Of a stretch of DNA of 38,143 nucleotides, positions 35,018-38,143 are shown piece after piece. The position numbers and the translations under genes are program-made. Position 1 is the stretch's first letter. Every line of letters begins with the position of its first letter. Source of the DNA: Casimicrobiaceae bacterium (GTDB lineage Bacteria > Pseudomonadota > Gammaproteobacteria > Burkholderiales > Casimicrobiaceae). The notes under the pieces were generated by a model that saw only the letters and a program-made list of their open reading frames with translations, was not told the origin of the DNA and did not search any database. The stretch lies in assembly GCA_035857655.1 (NCBI GenBank), contig DASSGI010000283.1, forward strand, positions 1-38,143. The letters are read 5' to 3'.

Positions 35018-35593
35018 ATGCAAAAGTCCCGAATGGAAGCATTCAGCGACGGCGTGATCGCGGTGATCATCACGATCATGGTGCTCGAGATGAAGGTCCC
35101 GCATGGCGATGAACCGGCTGCGCTCCTGCCGCTCATTCCGGTTTTCATGAGTTACGCGCTGAGCTACGTCTACGTCGGAATCTTCTGGAACAATCATCAC
35201 CACATGCTGCACGCGACGCGGACGGTAAGCGGCCCGATCCTGTGGGCGAACCTGCACCTGCTCTTCTGGCTATCGCTCATCCCGTTCGTCACCGGCTGGA
35301 TGGGCGAGAACGATTTTGCCGAGATCCCCGTCGCGCTCTACGGCTTCGTGCTGCTGATGTCCGCGCTCTCCTATAACTTGCTGAGCCACAGTCTCATCAA
35401 GCACGAGGGCCGCGATTCGATGCTTGGCACCGCCGTCGGCAAGGACTTCAAGGGAAAGATATCCGCCGCCATCTACGTGGCAGCGATCCTGCTCTGTTTC
35501 GTCAACCGGTGGATCGCCCTCGCCCTTTACTACGTCGTCGCGGTGCTATGGTTCATCCCCGATCGTCGGATCGAACGGATGCGCGAGCGCTGA
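35018..35593 (+). CDS. TMEM175/DUF1211 family membrane protein (putative K+ channel)
   Basis: RMEAFSDGVIAVIITIMVLE ... SYVYVGIFWNNHHHM. About six TM segments. Confidence 0.85.
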   Translation: MQKSRMEAFSDGVIAVIITIMVLEMKVPHGDEPAALLPLIPVFMSYALSYVYVGIFWNNHHHMLHATRTVSGPILWANLHLLFWLSLIPFVTGWMGENDFAEIPVALYGFVLLMSALSYNLLSHSLIKHEGRDSMLGTAVGKDFKGKISAAIYVAAILLCFVNRWIALALYYVVAVLWFIPDRRIERMRER

Positions 35594-35603
35594 AGGAACC
35601 ACG

Positions 35604-36020
35604 ATGAGCGCGCAAGTCCCGACGATTGCCGAGCTCGATCAGGTGCTCGCCGCCACGCCGTTCCTCGAGCCCTACGGCTTCCGCGTCGAGTCGGCGAGCG
35701 GGGGAGAGTGCAAGCTGCTCGTGCCTTTTCGGTCGTCGCTCGAACGGCCGGGCGGCATCGTCAGCGGAATGACGTTGATGGGGGCCGCCGATGTCGCGAT
35801 GTGGCTCGCGATCATGACGTTGCGAGGCGTCGACGAGCGCTGGGTCACTTCCGACATGAAGACCGCGTTCCTCAGGAGCGCGCGGAACGAAGACATCTGG
35901 TGCGCGGCACGCGTGCTCAAGTCGGGCAAGCGGACGATGTACGGGACAGCCGAGTGCGTCAGCGAAGCGGCCGGACTGATCGCGCATCACGTGCTCACGT
36001 ACGCGCGCGTCGAGGCGTAA
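35604..36020 (+). CDS. PaaI family (hotdog-fold) thioesterase
   Basis: FLEPYGFRVES...GGIVSGMTLMGAADVAM. RBS GAAGGAA. Confidence 0.8.
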   Translation: MSAQVPTIAELDQVLAATPFLEPYGFRVESASGGECKLLVPFRSSLERPGGIVSGMTLMGAADVAMWLAIMTLRGVDERWVTSDMKTAFLRSARNEDIWCAARVLKSGKRTMYGTAECVSEAAGLIAHHVLTYARVEA

Positions 36021-36169
36021 CGGAACCGCCGCTCGACCCGGGCGCCGCACGGGCTGCACGTCACACCCTGGGCCACCATTGGCAATGACCGTCCGCCGGG
36101 GCTAATCTGTCGGACTCCGGCGGCGCCGCGACGGCGCTTTCCATCAACCGAGCGAATGGAAGGAAGCAC

Positions 36170-36553
36170 ATGGGCGCACGCACTCCCGAGGACCTCGACC
36201 GTCTTTTCGCAATCGCGCTCAATGCCGGCGATATGGAGGCGATGATCGCCCTGTACGAACCGAAGGCAGCGTTGCGTCCGGCGCCGAGCCAGATCGTCGA
36301 GGGCCACGCCGCGATACGTGACGCGTTGCGCGGTTTTCTGCAAATGAAGCCGACGATCGAGCTTTCTCCGAAAGTCCTGGGGCAATGCAGCGACATTGCG
36401 CTGGTCAGCGCGCGTTGGACGCTCAAGGGCACCGGTCCCGACGGAAAGCCCGTCGAGATGACCGGCACGAGCGTCGAAGTCGCGCGCAAGCAGACCGACG
36501 GCACTTGGCTGTTCGCAATCGACACGCCATGGGGACTCGAGTCGACCGCGTGA
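36170..36553 (+). CDS. nuclear transport factor 2 (SnoaL-like/DUF4440) family protein
   Basis: LFAIALNAGDMEAMIALYEPKAAL...GTSVEVARKQTDGTWLFAIDTPW. Confidence 0.75.
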   Translation: MGARTPEDLDRLFAIALNAGDMEAMIALYEPKAALRPAPSQIVEGHAAIRDALRGFLQMKPTIELSPKVLGQCSDIALVSARWTLKGTGPDGKPVEMTGTSVEVARKQTDGTWLFAIDTPWGLESTA

Positions 36554-36628
36554 GCCGCGCGCCGAACTCGACGCGACGAACCGCGTCGAACGGTATGTCC
36601 TGCCCCTTCGCTGAACAAAGGAACCACG

Positions 36629-37021
36629 ATGACCAAGGGAAGCTGTCTCTGCCGGGCAATTCGATTCGAAGCCGGCGAGGTTTCGTTCTTCGGCCACTGT
36701 CACTGCTCGATGTGCCGGAAAGCACACGGCGCGGCCTTCGCCACATGGGCGGGCGTGCCGGCCGAGACGTTCCGGTTTCTCGCCGGCGAAGAGCAGGTGA
36801 AGCTGTATGAATCCTCGCCCGGGAATCACCGTGCGTTCTGCCCGATCTGCGGCTCGAACGCGCCGGCGAAATCGTCGGACGGCAAGATGTTCTATGTCCC
36901 GGCGGGACTCTTCGACGACGATCCCGACACCCGACCGAGCTTGCACATGTTCGTCGGCTCGAAGGCGCCGTGGTGGGAGATCAGGGACGATCTGCAGCAA
37001 TTCGACGAATACCCGACGTGA
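36629..37021 (+). CDS. GFA family protein
   Basis: GSCLCRAIRF...HCHCSMCRKAHGAAF...FCPICGS. Confidence 0.85.
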   Translation: MTKGSCLCRAIRFEAGEVSFFGHCHCSMCRKAHGAAFATWAGVPAETFRFLAGEEQVKLYESSPGNHRAFCPICGSNAPAKSSDGKMFYVPAGLFDDDPDTRPSLHMFVGSKAPWWEIRDDLQQFDEYPT

Positions 37022-37079
37022 CAGAATTCATGACCTCTGGATGCGCGCGAACGCGATGCGTTTCACCCACTGAATAGCG

Positions 37080-37469
37080 ATGCCGACCAGGCGTCGAACG
37101 CCGGATACCGCTCGCCTCGACCGCATCGTCGCCGAGGCGCGACAGAGGCAGGATGCCCGCGCGCAGACCTATCGCGAGCAAGCGCTCAAGCTCTTCCCAT
37201 GGATCTGCGGGCGCTGCGCGCGCGAGTTCGACCGCTCGAACGTTCGGCAATTGACCGTCCACCACAAGGATCACAATCACGACAACAATCCGCCGGACGG
37301 CAGCAACTGGGAGCTCCTCTGCGTGTACTGCCACGACAACGAGCACTCGCGAGAGCTCGAGGCGGCCGCGAGCGGCGCAGCGGCTGCTCGTGACGAGAAG
37401 GCCGTCGCAACGCATCGACCGTTCGCCGATCTCGCCGACCTGATGGCGAAGCGGCGGAGGCACCGATGA
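37080..37469 (+). CDS. yajD: YajD-family HNH nuclease
   Basis: CGRCAREF...LTVHHKDHNHDNNPPDGSNWELLCVYCHDNEH. Confidence 0.88.
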   Translation: MPTRRRTPDTARLDRIVAEARQRQDARAQTYREQALKLFPWICGRCAREFDRSNVRQLTVHHKDHNHDNNPPDGSNWELLCVYCHDNEHSRELEAAASGAAAARDEKAVATHRPFADLADLMAKRRRHR

Positions 37470-37873
37470 CAATGCGTCTCGCGGCCGATGCCCTCGTTGC
37501 GCTCCATTTGGCGTTCATCGTCTTCGTCATCGCCGGCGGCGCCCTGACGCTCGTCGATCGCCGCTGGGCGATCGTCCATCTGCCGGCCGTCGCGTGGGCG
37601 GCGTTCACGGAATTCACCGCGACCGTCTGTCCGTTGACGCCTTGGGAAAACGTATTGCGCGCGAAAGCCGGCGAAGGCGGATATTCCGAGAGCTTCATCG
37701 AGCACTACATCGTGCCCGTCATCTACCCGCAAGGGCTTACTCCGGATGCGCAGTTTGCTCTCGGCATCGGCGTTGTCGTTCTGAATGTCGTCGTCTACGC
37801 GATTGCCTGGCGCAGGCACGCACGAGCTCGCGCCGCGGAACGTCCGACGCAACACATGACGCGCAGCGCATAA
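37466..37873 (+). CDS. DUF2784 domain-containing membrane protein
   Basis: ATGA overlap with yajD. LVALHLAFIVFVIAGGAL...CPLTPWEN.LR... Confidence 0.75.
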   Translation: MTMRLAADALVALHLAFIVFVIAGGALTLVDRRWAIVHLPAVAWAAFTEFTATVCPLTPWENVLRAKAGEGGYSESFIEHYIVPVIYPQGLTPDAQFALGIGVVVLNVVVYAIAWRRHARARAAERPTQHMTRSA

Positions 37874-37962
37874 CAGGGTACGCTCCGGATCTCGGGCGCC
37901 GGTCGAAAAAAGAGGTTTGGCGGGGTTGGTCTTTTCGTCCCGCGCGCCGGGGAGATCCGAGC

Positions 37963-38136
37963 ATGACGATTTGCCCGATTGCGCTTGCGGTCGGTTGCAG
38001 GAAGTGTCCGATTTTCGCGGTCTGCCCGGTGAAGGGCGTGATCGGCGACTACCGAGCTGAAGGAGAGGCGCCGACCAAGGCGGCGAAGGCGCGGCCGAAG
38101 GCGGGGCCGAAGCGCGGAGCCAAGAGCCGCCGCTAG
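37963..38136 (+). CDS. small Cys-motif protein with a Lys/Ala/Pro-rich tail (57 aa)
   Basis: The ATG follows GGGGAGA. MTICPIALAVGCRKCPIFAVCPVKGVIGDY followed by APTKAAKARPKAGPKRGAKSRR. Confidence 0.6.
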   Translation: MTICPIALAVGCRKCPIFAVCPVKGVIGDYRAEGEAPTKAAKARPKAGPKRGAKSRR

Positions 38137-38143
38137 GCGTGGC

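Noticed and set aside
35987-37000. 337-aa minus-strand ORF
   Set aside because: Antisense to three well-supported plus-strand genes (PaaI, SnoaL-like, GFA). Biased composition.

Overview
GC-rich (about two thirds G+C by eye) chromosomal window from a Gram-negative, Proteobacteria-like genome. I support about 55 protein-coding genes. I found no rRNA, tRNA, CRISPR array, transposase, integrase or phage gene.

Layout:
- 1-2.1 kb: an ECF sigma factor and a membrane anti-sigma pair.
- 2.2-7.2 kb, minus strand: rlpA, then tolB-pal-cpoB(ybgF)-mutY. No tolQRA is present.
- 7.3-8.9 kb: a minimal HD-GYP protein, an SRPBCC protein and a small HExxH protein.
- 9.1-14.6 kb: a tightly packed plus-strand operon. 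Three divergent orphan ABC_sub_bind-type solute-binding proteins alternate with two methyltransferases and two unknowns.
- 14.6-18.2 kb: one 1223-aa DUF748/AsmA-like protein.
- 18.4-38.1 kb: an almost uninterrupted co-directional run of about 40 short genes. These include GNAT x5, VOC x2, GFA x2, cupin, RidA, GST, OsmC, PaaI, tautomerase, TMEM175, a LanC-like protein, a DapB-like protein, a YajD HNH protein and many DUFs. The run is broken only by an orphan type IV pilin gene and a probable ATP-grasp gene remnant.

Many long ORFs in the track are alternate-frame or antisense shadows typical of high-GC DNA, and I rejected them.

I cannot show a clearly novel system from sequence alone. The most system-like or unexplained signals are:
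- the transporter-less SBP/methyltransferase operon, with a translationally coupled leader uORF;
- a 21-nt identical AT-rich palindromic element present twice, 28 kb apart;
- an orphan LanC-like gene cluster;
- a DapB-like paralogue with a degenerate catalytic motif;
- a YajD-DUF2784 coupled pair, followed by a Cys-motif small protein.

All family assignments come from motif recognition by eye and need HMM or BLAST confirmation.
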